Positions 29,880 to 43,033 of a stretch of 64,000 bases of DNA are shown here, piece by piece. How positions within the stretch are numbered: position 1 is the stretch's first letter; each line of letters starts with the position of its first letter. Position numbers and translations under genes: made by a program. The notes beneath the pieces were generated by a model. The model was given only the letters and a program-made list of their open reading frames with translations. It made no database searches and was not told the origin of the DNA. This DNA is from Hemiscyllium ocellatum (lineage: Eukaryota). Location of the stretch: assembly GCF_020745735.1 (NCBI RefSeq), contig NC_083419.1, forward strand, positions 73,672,096-73,736,095. The letters are read 5' to 3'.

Positions 29880-30326
29880 TAGAGTTAGTTAGGGAGAGGC
29901 TGAATAGGCTGGGGTTGATTTCTCTGGAGCGTTGGAGGCTGAGGGGTGACTTTATAAAGGTTTATAAAATCATCAGAGACATGGATACGGTAAATAGACA
30001 AGGTCTTTTCCCTGAGGTGGGTGGAGTCTCATCTAAACCTATACTCCTGAGTACAGATTTAGAGTGAGAGGGGAAAAAGTTGAAAGTACCTAAGGAGTAA
30101 CCTTTTCATGCAGAGGATGGTGTGTATGGAATGAACTGCCAGAGGAAGCAGTGAAGGCTGGTGCAATTTCAACATTTAAAAGACATCTGAGTGTGTATAA
30201 GAATAGGAATGGTTTAGAGGGATATGGGCCAATACTGGCAAATGGGACTAGATTAGTTTAGGATAGCATGGGCAAGTGAGACTGAAAGATCTATTTCCAA
30301 GTTGTACATCTCTATGACTCTATGAT
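29880..30326 (+). mobile_element. CR1 LINE 3' fragment
   Basis: aggctgaataggctggggttg...tggaatgaactgccagaggaag; tail ctctatgactctatga. Confidence 0.85.
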
Positions 30327-33051
30327 CTACCCCTTTGCTCTTAATGTACTAGTCGAACCTCTTTGGATAATCTTTAACATTATCTCCCATGGCCACCTCA
30401 TTTTCCTTTCTTGCCCTCCTCATTTCCCTCTTTAGAATGTCCCTGCACCTCTTGTACTCTTCGAGATTCACTTGATCGCATTTATCTATATTTAATATAT
30501 GATTCATTCTTAATCTGAACTAGCGCCTCAGAATGTTTATTCCTCCAGTGTTCCCTCTTCTTATCAGCCTTGTCTTCACACTAACAGGAACATCACGCCT
30601 CCGAACTCTCGTTATCTCATTTCTGAAAGCTTCACTCTTGCCGGCCGTCCCTTGAGCTGCAAACAGTCTACTCTAATCAACTCTTGAAAGTGTTTGTCTC
30701 ATTTCATCAATATTTGCCCCAGTTCAATTAAGAACTTTAACTTATATATAATGCCAATCCTTTCCATAGATATTTTAAACTAATCGAATTATGACCCAGG
30801 CCCCCACAAGCTCCCCTAATAACCATTCAGTCACTTGTCCTGCCTTAGGTCAGGGTTTCTCCTTCTGTGATAGTTACATCTGTTTATTAATGAAGAAAAT
30901 TGACTTTAGCATTATCAAATTCCTCACCATCCAAGCTCTTAAGACCATGGCTGTCCCACTTTATGGTTGGAATGTTAAAATTTGCGATTATTACAATCCT
31001 ATTATTCTTACTTATAAATAAGATGTCTCCACATATTTGTTACTCAATTTCATTCTGACTAACGGGGGGACTACTACAATTGCATCAAAGTATTCGTGCC
31101 CTTCTTATTTATGAGTTCCATCCACATAGCTTCACTGGACCACCCCTCAGAAATACCTTGTGTTAGAACAGCAGTAATGTTTCACCACAAGAAAAATTGA
31201 CTCCACTCTCCTTCTAGCTCTTCCTAGTTCTGCCGTACCTTTGATGGTGGGAGGAGCTTTGAACATTAATTATTCAATTTACTGGTGATGGTTAGTAGCT
31301 GAAAATAAAGACTTGGGGGACTTGGGTGATGGGAAATTAAAGGTTACATTGTGTGGAAGGAAAATTCTGGATATAAACAAGAATTGTAAAAAACGAACTC
31401 CATTCTGTCTGCCCATGTCTTGCCAACACCGCTGTACCTCCAGAGTACTTTCCTTTTATTTTGATGAGTTCAAGTTAATCTCACCCGTTGTTTTGTACTT
31501 GTCAACCATTTGTTAACGGGTGTTTGCTGTTTCAGAATGTAGGTTGCCTTATTGTGTACGTTCTCAGAGTTCAGTGTTTGGAGTCCTTGTTGTTTCAACC
31601 TGTGCTTTGGTCTATAATGCAAAATTACAGAAAAATATTAATAGCAATTTAAGGTAAAATGTTAGGATATTGGAAGAACAGCTAAGAGCATCAAGTTTGA
31701 CAGAGGGGTTGTCGGAAAGGACGTGGAAAGCAGCAGGATTTCCAGAACTTCTGATCTCTGTCTTCCCTGATTGAAATCAACCTGTGATGTATCATTTTTT
31801 GAGGATTGTTATTCCTTAATATCGGTGTGTCAGATAGATCTCAGACTCAAGGAGGTGTGAGTGCTTCTTTGTTTTGTGATGAACTCAGGGGAACATACAA
31901 TAGTAAGGGGGTAAACCCAAAGGGTTGCACGAGCAGAGGATCCTCCGTGTGTATGTGCACAAATCAGGGAATGTACCATGACACGTGGACAGAAGAGCAA
32001 ATAAACCCTACTTCATCAATAATGCTGTAGAGAACAAACACAAAGCAATTACGTTAAACTGAAATAAAACAGTCTATTGTCCCACCTGGAATGTTGCATC
32101 TAGTTTCAGGTGCCACATTTTTGAAAAAAAATGCGAAGTTATGAGATTGGGTGCGTGACTGATTCACAACACTATTCCCGCGATGATACACCTCACCAAC
32201 TCTGAGAAATTGAGAACGTTCTCCTCTGCTGATAGTTTTCAGACTCTGTGAACAGTTGCTGTGATTGGTTCTCAATTCCGTCTTGCTTCATATAGATCCC
32301 AATGGCTGAATATTTCAGATACTTATGAGCTCTGCCTTGCCTGATTAACATCGATCTCTGATTTATTATTTTTGAGGGTTGCTGTTCAGTAATATCCCTC
32401 TATCAGATAGATCTCAGTCTCATTCCCTGGGATTTGATAGGTGTGGTGTGTCAAATAGATCCTAGGAATTGTGCTTCATGAGATTTACGTGTGAGAAAAA
32501 CTCCATCCTGAGAATCCGCCCTTGGATTTTGCGCATGTTGTGTCTGACTACCTGACTGAACGTTGACGTTTTTGGCTGATGAATGTTTCGTTGGGCGTTT
32601 TAGGTGGCTATTTATGCATTACTAACCCAGGCTGTCCGTACATTGGGAGTACATTTAGTTTAGACAGAGTAGAGTGAACTTTCAAACTCCATTGCCTGCC
32701 TTTTATAGGCTTCTGGGGAACCAAGGCTCCTAATTTATATCATTACGTGACCCGAGGCCGTGACCCTTGGTGCATAAGAGGAAATGTTCTCTAATCATTC
32801 CGCCTCTGGAGTGTTCCATCAGGCTTTTTGTGTGAAAGATGCATTTATATTAGTGGGCTGCATGGCAGCGCAGCATTAAACTAAATGACTGGATGAAACA
32901 CAACCAAACAGAACAAGTGAAAGTATTTGGCTGGGAAAGGAGGAGGATGTGGGAAAATGTATGATTACTGACTGGCCTCGAAGAAAGAATGAAGCAAACT
33001 CAAGGTTAGTGCATATTCATTCGAGATTATTTAACCATTTCAGAAAGCATT

Positions 33052-33057
33052 TTTATT
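33052..33057 (-). terminator. Probable poly(A) signal for membrane mu mRNA
   Basis: AATAAA on the minus strand ~400 nt past the TM2 stop, the first one I found downstream. Confidence 0.5.
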
Positions 33058-33460
33058 CAAAAAGTTAATGTAAAAGCTAACAGAAGTGAATATAATGGCT
33101 GGATGCCACATTGAGACGAGAACACATGTGCTGTGAGATGGGAATTTTCTGTACATCAGTAACAGTCGCAAGAAAGGGAATACAAAGTCTCATCAGAAAG
33201 GGTAGGCAACCAGTCTGAGTAAGGAACAAATAAAAACAAAACAAATAGGCTTCAAACAACAGGGAAGTTATAAATTTTCCAACCACAACGATCTCAAAGA
33301 TATCAAAGTAAAAATAAAAATCCATCAATAACTGCCTCAGTTACACGCTGATAAACTGAAGTGATCTCACTGTTAGTGTCAGCAACAGGACAGATTGTAG
33401 ATTGGGAATTCAGAGAACTTGATAAGCAGAATAGGAAAATCAAAGGGGTCCACAATTCAT

Positions 33461-33469
33461 TCACTTTAC
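33461..33469 (-). CDS. IGHM: IgM TM2 exon (VK*; completes the KVK cytoplasmic tail)
   Basis: Polypyrimidine tract ctctcttttccAG then GTA AAG TGA; 139-nt intron from TM1. Confidence 0.93.
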   Translation of the reverse strand, partial: VK

Positions 33470-33608
33470 CTGGAAAAGAGAGATAAAGCAATGATGCAGA
33501 TATTTATGATCAGGGACTTTCAGATTTAATGTTTATTCAATGGCACACTTAGAGATTTCACAAAACATATTGGGCTGCTTGGCGTGAGAAAGATGTGATT
33601 ATTCTCAC

Positions 33609-33736
33609 CTTCACCAGAGTGACGGCAGCGCTGTAGAAAATACTCAGGAAGAACAAGGTGATGAATGTGGAAGCAGTTGTCCAGATGTTGCTGTTATCAT
33701 CCTCATAGTTTTCAATCCACGTGCGATCTATTGAAT
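33609..33736 (-). CDS. IGHM: IgM TM1 exon (DSIDRTWIENYEDDNSNIWTTASTFITLFFLSIFYSAAVTLVK)
   Basis: Acceptor ttcatAG at 33737, donor AAG|GTGAGA. Acidic spacer plus the conserved Ig TM pattern W-TASTF--LF-LS-FYS--VT. Confidence 0.95.
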
Positions 33737-34229
33737 CTATGAATACAAAGCCAAGAGAACGCATTTAGATCGTTTATTGATCTGGATCGATCTATGTGCA
33801 TCCAAGTCATGTAATTAGAGACCATTACATCTTCATAAAGCAGTCAGGTATTTCTCAAGTGTGACTCTTATCTGTATCCATCCGTGCATTATTGACTCTC
33901 AGCAAGAAATTACAAATACTAACTGCACATGTTCTTTCTTCATTGTCCATGTCAGAATGTTTTAAATTATTTTTCTTTTAATCTGTTATTTGAGGATATT
34001 ATTATTTGAGGAATGTTTATTACGAATGATTACTTTAATTATATCATTATATTTTAAATATAGGCTGTGACAGTACTTTAGTTGAAAAATTGTGGCCATC
34101 ACTGAATAAAAGTTCAAATGTGATTCTCATCTTTATGTATTGGTGACCAATTGTTCGGCAAATCGTGAATATAAGTGACATCACAGTCAGGACATTGCTT
34201 CATATTTTTGTTTGTAGGATCTGTATATT

Positions 34230-35390
34230 TATGAATAAAATTTTGTACATGTGTCCCTTAACTTATTTGACCTACTGTTTGGTGTGTTTGTTTTTCCTTT
34301 AATGTTTGTATACGTAGTTATGAGAGTCTCTTACTTCACTCTTGCCCATGTTGGAGTCTGTGCATGAATAAACATATTCCTGTTCCTTTACTGCTGGTGT
34401 GCTCATGTTTTTGTGCACCTAAATTTTGGTCTTTTCACATTGTGTAAGCATCATCATGCTAATATGTCACTTCATTGCTGGCTATGCTTATCTTGTAATG
34501 TCTTTGTGAGTGTTCACTTTTCATGAGTGCTTTCCAAAATGTCTGCAAATGTGTCTGTTTCAGGTCCTACCTAAACTAGGTTATTCTCATGTTTATGCTT
34601 ATTAAATGTTAGCATGCACTGTTATGCTTTGATGGATGTTTATATTTATATGATGATGTTTGCTTGTGTGGCAATCTTTCCCAAACTATCTCCTGATAAG
34701 CTTGTTTGTGTTACTGTGTGTGGATGCTTGCTGCTGCTTGTGCCCATTATCCTTATTTAATAAATGCCCCTCTATTTGTTGATCTTTGCAATTGTGTGTC
34801 TGCGTGTGAGTCTCTGTATTTGTGTGTACCTGTGACATTGTATACATGCTGATCAATGTGTTTTAAAAATAACTAATTAAGCTGCTTCTGTCATTGTATG
34901 TTTGCGATTCTGAAAATGGGAAAATAATGATATTAATATTTATCTCTGTGCACTTACCTGCCTGTGTGAGTTGACATGTGGGAGGACAGTTTTCGGAATT
35001 TGTATCTGTGTGCTCATGCGTGTATGTCTGTACGCATTGTGCTGTATGAATGTATATGCATTCATGCCCATTTGTGTGTTACCGTGTGTCTATATTTCTC
35101 ATGGTTATGTGTGAGTACCCCGTTCATTTGTGCAAATAATTTTCTTTCGGTGTATGTGAGTTTTTGTATGAGCTTAGCTGAGTGTTCAAGTACCACTTGC
35201 ATGTGTGGCTCTGTCCGAGTATGCGTGTGTGACATCTTATCTATATGCACATTTGAGTGTGCACATAAATATGTATTTTTAGGTGAGAGCCCATATATGT
35301 GTCATTATGTGTGTATTTGCGATCATCTCTCTGTATCTGTTCTTATACCAGGCTGCAGTTTTTATTATTCTAATTTATTGTTCTAATTTT
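34230..35390. repeat. Degenerate TG-rich low-complexity tract in the CH4-TM1 intron
   Basis: Frequent tgtgtg and gtatgt runs without a fixed unit; boundaries approximate. Confidence 0.6.
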
Positions 35391-36463
35391 AATGCATTGC
35401 TCATAATTAGATTTGACCTTGGTGTTGTAGGAAACATTTCCCATCGCCGTGGAGAGATAAGCGTTTTATGAGGAACTCTTCTGTTGCAGTGATAGAATTT
35501 CTGTCTCTGAGAGAAAAGGCATGAGTTCAAATCCCACTGCCCCAGAGATAACATTTCTGAATATGTTTATTAGAAAATGTCTACTTGTGTTCTGTATGTG
35601 AAGCAAAATGATATCAGGTATTCCAATACCAGAATTGATCCCATGTGCTCCAGAAAACTGAAACAAAACTATGGAATTCAAACCGGGACGATGCAAACAC
35701 CAGTTTTGGATGATAGGAATCAATATTAATCATTTGTTAACAGAGCCAAGCGTGTCCAACATGTTTCAAAGATATTATTTTGCATGGAAATGTTAAATCT
35801 TTGAACAGTAAGCAAGAAGCTGACTGTTCCTGTTAGTAACTGAGTTACATTACAGAGGACATCTACCATGAAAACTCTGCACAGGGAGCAAGAGGACAGA
35901 CCATTCATCGTTCCCCTCCCCTCTGCTCCACAACTTATCTGTCGATTCTCTTTGGTGTGAAAGTGAAGATACATTCTGTCAATTCATACGCTGGCGCAAG
36001 ATTACTGGCAGTTCCTCAGACACAAAGGTTGCATTCAAACTGTTCTGCTCTCTTTACGATTGGTATGTTCCAATCAAATTTTAATTTTAAAGTGTCTTAA
36101 ATTTACATTTCCAATTGGTGCAATGTGGCAGTTTAAAACTGACATGAATTTTGTAAGAATGTCCAATCGGGGGAATCAGGAACACCAAGTTCAAAACTCG
36201 TGCTCTACCCTTGACATAAAATGGACATTGTCAGATTTTGTCACAGAGGGATTTAAGATGGATAAGGTACTTGGCGGAATCCTGCAATGAGTGAGTTTTA
36301 CTCTGTCTCTGACCCAGGGTGTATCTGAGCAGAGAACATTAACTGCACAAGACACTCGTCCTAGACCTGTTAATAATCCACTTTAACTACACAGATGCAA
36401 TGTAAGTCAGAGTGAGAAACAACTAATTCAGTATTTAACTCACAACTGGAGGAAAAATAAAAC

Positions 36464-36469
36464 TTTATT
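36464..36469 (-). terminator. Poly(A) signal for secreted mu mRNA
   Basis: AATAAA on the minus strand ~37 nt past the secretory stop; a second AATAAA overlaps the stop (36505-36510). Confidence 0.7.
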
Positions 36470-36505
36470 ACTTCTGTTGAATTATTAAATACAACTCTGA
36501 GATTT

Positions 36506-36897
36506 TTATTGAAATGAATTAACAGTGCCCATCAGTGCAAGTGAAATGTTTACGAAACTCAGTTTACCGCTGGATATATCGACTGTTCTGTTGATGATCT
36601 TCAATGGAATCGCTTCATGTCCCACCACACAGGTGTAAGAAGCACCGCTGGCCCACTCCTCCGCTGTAATGGATAACAGGCTGTAGATGAAGAAGGAGGT
36701 GTTGTCACTCTCCGCCATCACCTCGGTGTTCTTGTAGTTACTGGGATTCACTTGTTTGTCATTGTTTGTCCACTTGACGAAGATCTCTCGGGGGGAGAAA
36801 CCTCTCACTAAACAGGTGATGGAGAGAAACCTCTGAGCGGAGATTTCTTCTGTTGGTGGCAGGAGGACCGACACTGATGGCTCCAGCGGATTAATCA
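36506..36897 (-). CDS. IGHM: IgM CH4 exon plus secretory tailpiece ([15 protein letters not shown]...[15 protein letters not shown]...[43 protein letters not shown])
   Basis: Acceptor tctgCAG at 36898, stop TAA at 36508-36506. Internal donor AGCG|GTAAAC at 36567 is used for the membrane form (CH4 then ends at 36568). Confidence 0.96.
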
Positions 36898-37354
36898 CTG
36901 CAGAATATTTGAGACAAATATAAATCAACCAAAAACATCCTGAACCAATATCACAATTTCACTAAATATTAAAATATGCTATTTTGAATTTGGGATTTAT
37001 TCACTTCATTTTCTAAAGGGGCAGTATGGTACACATTCTGTTCAGTTAAAAAAAAAGTAAAGTTTAATGTGAAAGTTGTCTCCATGTTTCCAGCCCACAA
37101 CAAGGGCATTCTGTCCAACTGTCATTGCTGATGGTGACATCACAACCCAGGTTTCTTCTCACCTTATCTGACTTAATCAGAATACAATATCCTTTGGTCC
37201 ATCTTTTTCTTACTCAGCTACTTAGCTATCCTGCCTTCAGATGCATCATTAATGCTCCCAATGGTGTTTGTTCATTAACAAACAAAGCCTGCCATTGATG
37301 TAACTGGATCTGAATTACACATGGGATGCTTTGTGTTTTAATCTCACCGCTCAC

Positions 37355-37663
37355 CTTTTTCCTTGTGGATGGAGTCTCTCAGCGGAGTCGATAGATTCTG
37401 ATGGTACACCACACATTCAAAAGTAACACCACTCAGCCAGGCTTCAGTAGAAGTGTCTAATTTGCTGATCACGCTGTCGGGATTCTGTCCAGGCTGGTCA
37501 GCAATCTCTGATTTCAGAGGCTTATTTTCTTGTTTCCAGGTCACGTTGACTCCAGAAGGAAGATTGAACACAACGCAGGTTAACGTCACTGTCGACTCCA
37601 GTAAGACTTGTTCTACTGGCGGTGGGAGGATATTAACGGTGTTAGGGTGGCACTCGGTATCTT
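37355..37663 (-). CDS. IGHM: IgM CH3 exon ([32 protein letters not shown]...WKQENK...[22 protein letters not shown])
   Basis: 309 nt, acceptor tttcatAG at 37664, donor AAAG|GTGAGC. Intact C1-set domain. Confidence 0.96.
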
Positions 37664-39623
37664 CTATGAAACAAAAATCAAAGTCAATGGAAAAGGCCTC
37701 TTTATGATACAAACACCCAATCTTCGGATTACATCTTCACTGGGTGAAGACACCTACTTCAAAATGGCAACTCCAACTATTGCTAAAACGATGCTTACTG
37801 TTGTTAATGTATTTTGATTTGTGAAAGCATTTGTGATTATCTATGACATACCCTGTGTAATTATTCCTAAAGAACACTGGCTTTGTAACAAGTGAAACCT
37901 GTGAAAAAGGTAAAATCATTGAAGATACCGTTATGTAACCCATGGAATTAGCTTTCTTTCAGAGTTTTTCTCTGACTTACGACCATCTATTGATACTTAT
38001 GACAAGAGCAATCTGAATATAATGAATTCAATTCCATGTTCATAACCCTTAGGTGTAAGTGCTGCTGGTCACGCTGACTGCCAAATCACATCACAAATTT
38101 TGGACAAATTATAATAAATAATGATATTCTCTTTGCAGAGTTCCAAAGTGTTACAGGAGCGGTGAATATCCATGGAAATTCTGTTCATTATATTAAACGT
38201 GATCAAAAATACTTTGCATTATTGTCATTCTCTAATTTATGTCATTGTTTCTCGGGGGCTGAGTTTGGAGTAGATCTGAAAACAAGACACTGACTACAGC
38301 ATTGGATATCGAGAAGGACACCCATCTCCTGAAGTCTTTCCCTCCATTCAGTTAGCTCATGACTGGTCTGTACTTCCAATTTATTTACCAAGCTGCATTT
38401 TTTAATTTCCTCATAGAGCAGGGGAGAATACAAAACAACCAAAAGCGTCTTAAATTAATCTACAAACGTGACGAAAATGTACACTAATTTTATAGACATC
38501 CACTACCCACCGTGTAAACATCGTCACCCCAAACCAGGCTAAATCAGCCTGTCTCGAGTTTCTCATTCATTCATCCCTATTGTAGCATTCTTCCCAGAAT
38601 TTGTTCTCCTGCCTCATCCACTAATTACAGAGAGCATCTTAAGGAAGCTCAGTGAGATCACGTTTATCCCAGTTCATTAAATGTGATACCCACTTGGTTT
38701 GTGGTCTGATCCCATAAATGAAGTTAAAGAGCTCAGTACCAGATACAAATCGATGTCGTACAATCTACAAGGCCAACAGGTCGTTCCAGATCAGGGAACG
38801 AAGCATTGAACGCATTTTGATTTATTTTCAAGTAAGGGTCACTGCATATTTTAACCATGTCATTTTGAGACCACAACATCATAAGATAGAGGATCAGAAT
38901 AAGACTGTTCGGCCAATCCAGAGTTTAGATCAGAGTGATGCTGGAAAAGCACAGCAGGTCAGGCAGCATCCGACGGGCAGGAAAATCGACGTTTCAGGCT
39001 AACACCATTCTACACTCTTCTCCTCACACTAAACAAGAGCCAATCTATCTCTGGCTTGAATATACACAATGGCCTGGTCTCCACAGCCCTCTGCAGCAAC
39101 AAGTTCCACAGATTCATCACCCTCTGGCTGAAGAAATTCCTCCCCATCTCATTTCTAACGGTGCCCCTTTGACCCTGAGACTGTGCTCTTGGGTCCTCTT
39201 CTCGCCTAGCAGTCAAAACATCTATTCCACGTTCACTCGACCTCAGTCTCTCAGTATTTTTTATGTTTCAATTAGATATGTGTCCAATATCCCCCCTCCA
39301 CCTCCAAACTTATCCTTGAAGCCACTACCAGGCAAGGATTCAGCACTCTGAATGCCTCTCCCAGCATGGTCAGGCAACAAACTATTTAACAAAGCTCACT
39401 GTCTATATATCTACCTTCAACAGAGAGGAAACATGCTTTTCTGACTTGCCAAAATGTTGAATTATGAGCAATGTTAATGTAACACTCAAACTGAAATACG
39501 ATACGGGACAGGTTGGGATATGAGAAGATGTATCGTGCTGTTTACTACGCCTGATAAATTAGTGTGTTTGATTCACATCCGAGTTCAGAGTGGTTTGTAG
39601 CTCTCTCAGTATGTGTCTCTTAC

Positions 39624-39935
39624 CCTGGAGTGCGGCAATGTTTTTACTTTGAATGTTCTCTTCGTGAGTGACCTGGCAGGTATAGACTGCGCTGTTGTAC
39701 CATTTACCATAAGGGACCATCAGCCGACTCGTCACCGAGAAGTTCCCGTTCGCCTCACACACGGGAAACGTGAAGAAGCCAGAATCCAAGAGTTGGCCAT
39801 TTTTCAACCAACTCACGGAGATTGACTTTGGATGGAAATTGATGATTGAACAGACGACGGTTGCAAACTTGCTGCTTGCGATTTCTTCACTGGAGCTCAC
39901 AGTTAGGAGAAGAGTTGGTGGGACAGAACCTGTAC
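39624..39935 (-). CDS. IGHM: IgM CH2 exon ([47 protein letters not shown]...[10 protein letters not shown]...)
   Basis: 312 nt, acceptor cctaaAG at 39936, donor CAGG|GTAAGA. Intact C1-set domain in frame. Confidence 0.96.
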
Positions 39936-40099
39936 CTTTAGGAAACACATCGCATAAATTATCTGATGAATTTCATAACAAATCAGTTCTCATATATCAA
40001 GGTTTCTTGTGGTTAATGGATACAAGAATCATAATTGTGCAGAGTTCTGGAGAAGCTGGGAACCACACAGAAAGATCAGCAGGACAATGTGAAAGGCTA

Positions 40100-42955
40100 A
40101 AATTATAGGACACTGCAAGGGAGTCAAGGAGGCATAGAAACTATAGGCCGGTAACATCAGAAGGGAGATAGCAACGTTGGATGGTATTCGTTTTAATGAC
40201 AGACTCTGATGAACAAGGCAGATGAAATCCCGGCATAAATGAGGAAATGATGCGGTTGCTATCACGGAGATTTATTGAGAGCCGGGCAGGAGTGGCTATT
40301 CAATATTCCAGGATTTAGTGCCTTCAGGCGAGACAGGGAATGATGGAAAAGGACGGGGCGGGGGTTTGCGGCACAGAATGTTGCTTCTGTCGCAATTCTG
40401 ACAAGAGTATTTTAGGCTGTAAAGAGAAACGAAATCATGGATACCTCCTCGAACAAAGGCAAATGGACAGTACTTCAAAACCAAAATACAGCAAACATAA
40501 CTACTGGGAGAGCACGATAGACCTTATTATAGTTCCAAAAGATCAAGTGCAAATACATGGGCAAATTTCAGAGAAATGTAAATTAAATAGGGGAATGAGA
40601 AAAGAGGTTTTTAACTTCCTCAGCATAGGCTTTGATATTCATTGTGTCAAAAGTTTAGAGGGACCACGATTCTGAAAATGCCCCCAGGAGAATATTTTAA
40701 CAAAGTTTGTGTTAATGCAGAGAATTTTAATCCAGACCTTGCAGGAAAGGGGTGAACCTGGACTTAACTTTTGGAAATGAAGTCGACCCAGTGGGTAAAA
40801 CATCAATGGTGATGCACTTTGCAGACAGTGATCGTAAATCAGTTGGATTTCAGATTGTACTGCAAAGGAATAGAAATTGGCCCAAAGTTCTGAAAAGGGG
40901 AAGGACAATTTTAGTAAGATCAGGTAATGACTTAACCAGAGTGGATTAGAAGCTGACACTTATGGGTAAACCTGAGTCAGAGCATTGTCACACATTTAAG
41001 GAAGAGATAGGAAAATCACAGGGAGGACATTTCCCAGGAAGCCACTGAATGGGACCAGGAATGTAGCGGGCTCTGGACACCAAAGGGCATGAAGGGTGAG
41101 ATAAAGAGAAACAAGGGAGGCTTCCGGTCTATACTGAAATCTCAAAACAATAGAAATTAGTATGGAATACAGAACGTGCAAGGGGGAGTTTGAAAGGCAA
41201 AGGAATTAGAAGAGCAAAAGGGACCATGAGAAAATAAAAGCAGTCAAAATAAAGGAAAATATTTTTAAAAGTTACAGGCTCATTCATAATAAAAGAATTA
41301 TTCGGGAAACAGCAGTGCCCATTAAGTGTTATTATTGGAGTGGAGCCGGAGGATTAGGTTGTGGTTAAAACGAATGTGTTGTGTCAGTGTTCACTAGTAG
41401 GACGGACAATATGGGGACAGAAATCATGGAGGGGCGTTGTGATGTACTTTCAGAAATTAGGACACATGATGTGATGTTCTGTGTTGTCTTGCTGAATGAA
41501 AAGTGGTTATTTTTCCAGGGCAGATGAAAAGTATATCAAGCGGTTGAGCGATGCAAAGGATGAAATAGTTGGGTCGCTGACAATAATTTAGAATTACTGT
41601 CTGGCCACAGCAGTTGTGCCAAGTGAGTGTAGATCAGCCAACGTTGCACTGTTATGCAGGACAAAGGAAGGGATAAATAATGAAAACACAGATCTGTCAA
41701 GCTAGTCTCAGTGGTAGGGAAACCATTGAAAAGTGAAATTAGTCTTCATTTGGAAGATAAATCAACAATTTTCAGCACGGTTTTATTGAAAGAAAGTCAT
41801 GTGTAACAATTTGATAGCAGTTTTCAGAGAGATAACTCGATGTCCAGATGATAGCAATAATCAGAGCCAATGGGATCCGAGTTAATTTGACAGATTTGAT
41901 CTAGAACTAGCTGAGTGATGGGAGCAGGGGATAATAGTCATCGGGTGTCTGCATGACTGAGAATCTATGTCTCCTAGTGTTCTGTAGGGATTCGTGCTGA
42001 TTTCCTTGCTATTTCTCTAGCATACCAATGATTGAGACTCAAATTTAGGAGGATTAACCAGTGAATTCACAGATGAAATGAAAACTGTCATGTTGGTAAG
42101 GCATGAGCATTATGGCTTTAGATTGCAGGAGGATATGAAAGGGTTGGTTATATGTGAAGGTAAGTTGAAAATGGGAATTATTCTGGATAAATGTAAGGTG
42201 ATGGAATTCGGCAGAAGAATCTGTGAGGTATGACATTTTGAATGGTGGAACCCTGGAAAGGCCTGAGGATCTTTGGTGCATGTACCCACCGATCCCCTAT
42301 AGTACTGTGTCGTCTGGATTAAAAGACTAAGAAGGTGGGAGGATATTTGCTTTTGTTAGCCTAGACATTGACAATGAAGAATAGGGAGATGATACTGGAA
42401 CTTAATAGAACACTGGTTAAGCCATACTGAAGCACTGTGTGCATGTTATTGAAGGAATGTGATTACACTGAAGGCAGTATTGATTAGATTTGCCAGGATC
42501 TTGCCTGGGTTGGAGGGTTTTAGTTATGAAACTAGATTAGATAGACAGGGGTTTTACTTGGAGCAGAGGAGAATTAGGGAGAAGATTATCATGATGTCTA
42601 GAATTATTTTAGGCATCGACTGGGTAAACTGGATGAAACCTTTCCCCTTGATGGAGATCAATGAGTCAGGGGCACAGGGTGAAGGTAAGGCCAGGAGGTT
42701 CCAAGTGGATCTCAGGGGAAAACAAAATCAAACAGAGGGTGGTGTTAGCCTGGAGCTCAGCACCTATAAGTCATGTAGAAACTGAGCCCCTCATAACAAG
42801 TATGAAGTATTGAGATGCATCCTTGCAAGGGCAAGTCACACAAGGCAATGAATCATGTTCTGGCACATGAGACTGGAATAGTTAGGTGGCTGTTATTGAT
42901 AGGCGTAAACTGGATGGATCAAAGGGCCTTTTTCCTGTGCTGTATAAGGTGATTC
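40100..42955 (+). mobile_element. Highly degraded CR1/L2-like LINE in the CH1-CH2 intron
   Basis: Remnants of EN (gttgctatcacggaga, TETW-like), RT (cagtggtagggaaac, gttctgtagggattcgtgctg) and C-term LPGLEGFSYETRLDRQGFYLEQRR. Boundaries approximate. Confidence 0.8.
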
Positions 42956-43033
42956 TGTGAAAATGGTAATAAATAATGCCTTATTCATATTAATCCCAGA
43001 TGCTCTGTTTATCTCAGTTCCCACAATACGTAC

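Noticed and set aside
34976-35471. 136-aa Cys/Val-rich ORF
   Set aside because: Artefact of the TG-rich low-complexity tract.
39559-39948. Possibility that this is an IgM1gj orthologue
   Set aside because: CH2 is present and intact, whereas IgM1gj lacks it; orthology cannot be claimed without phylogeny.
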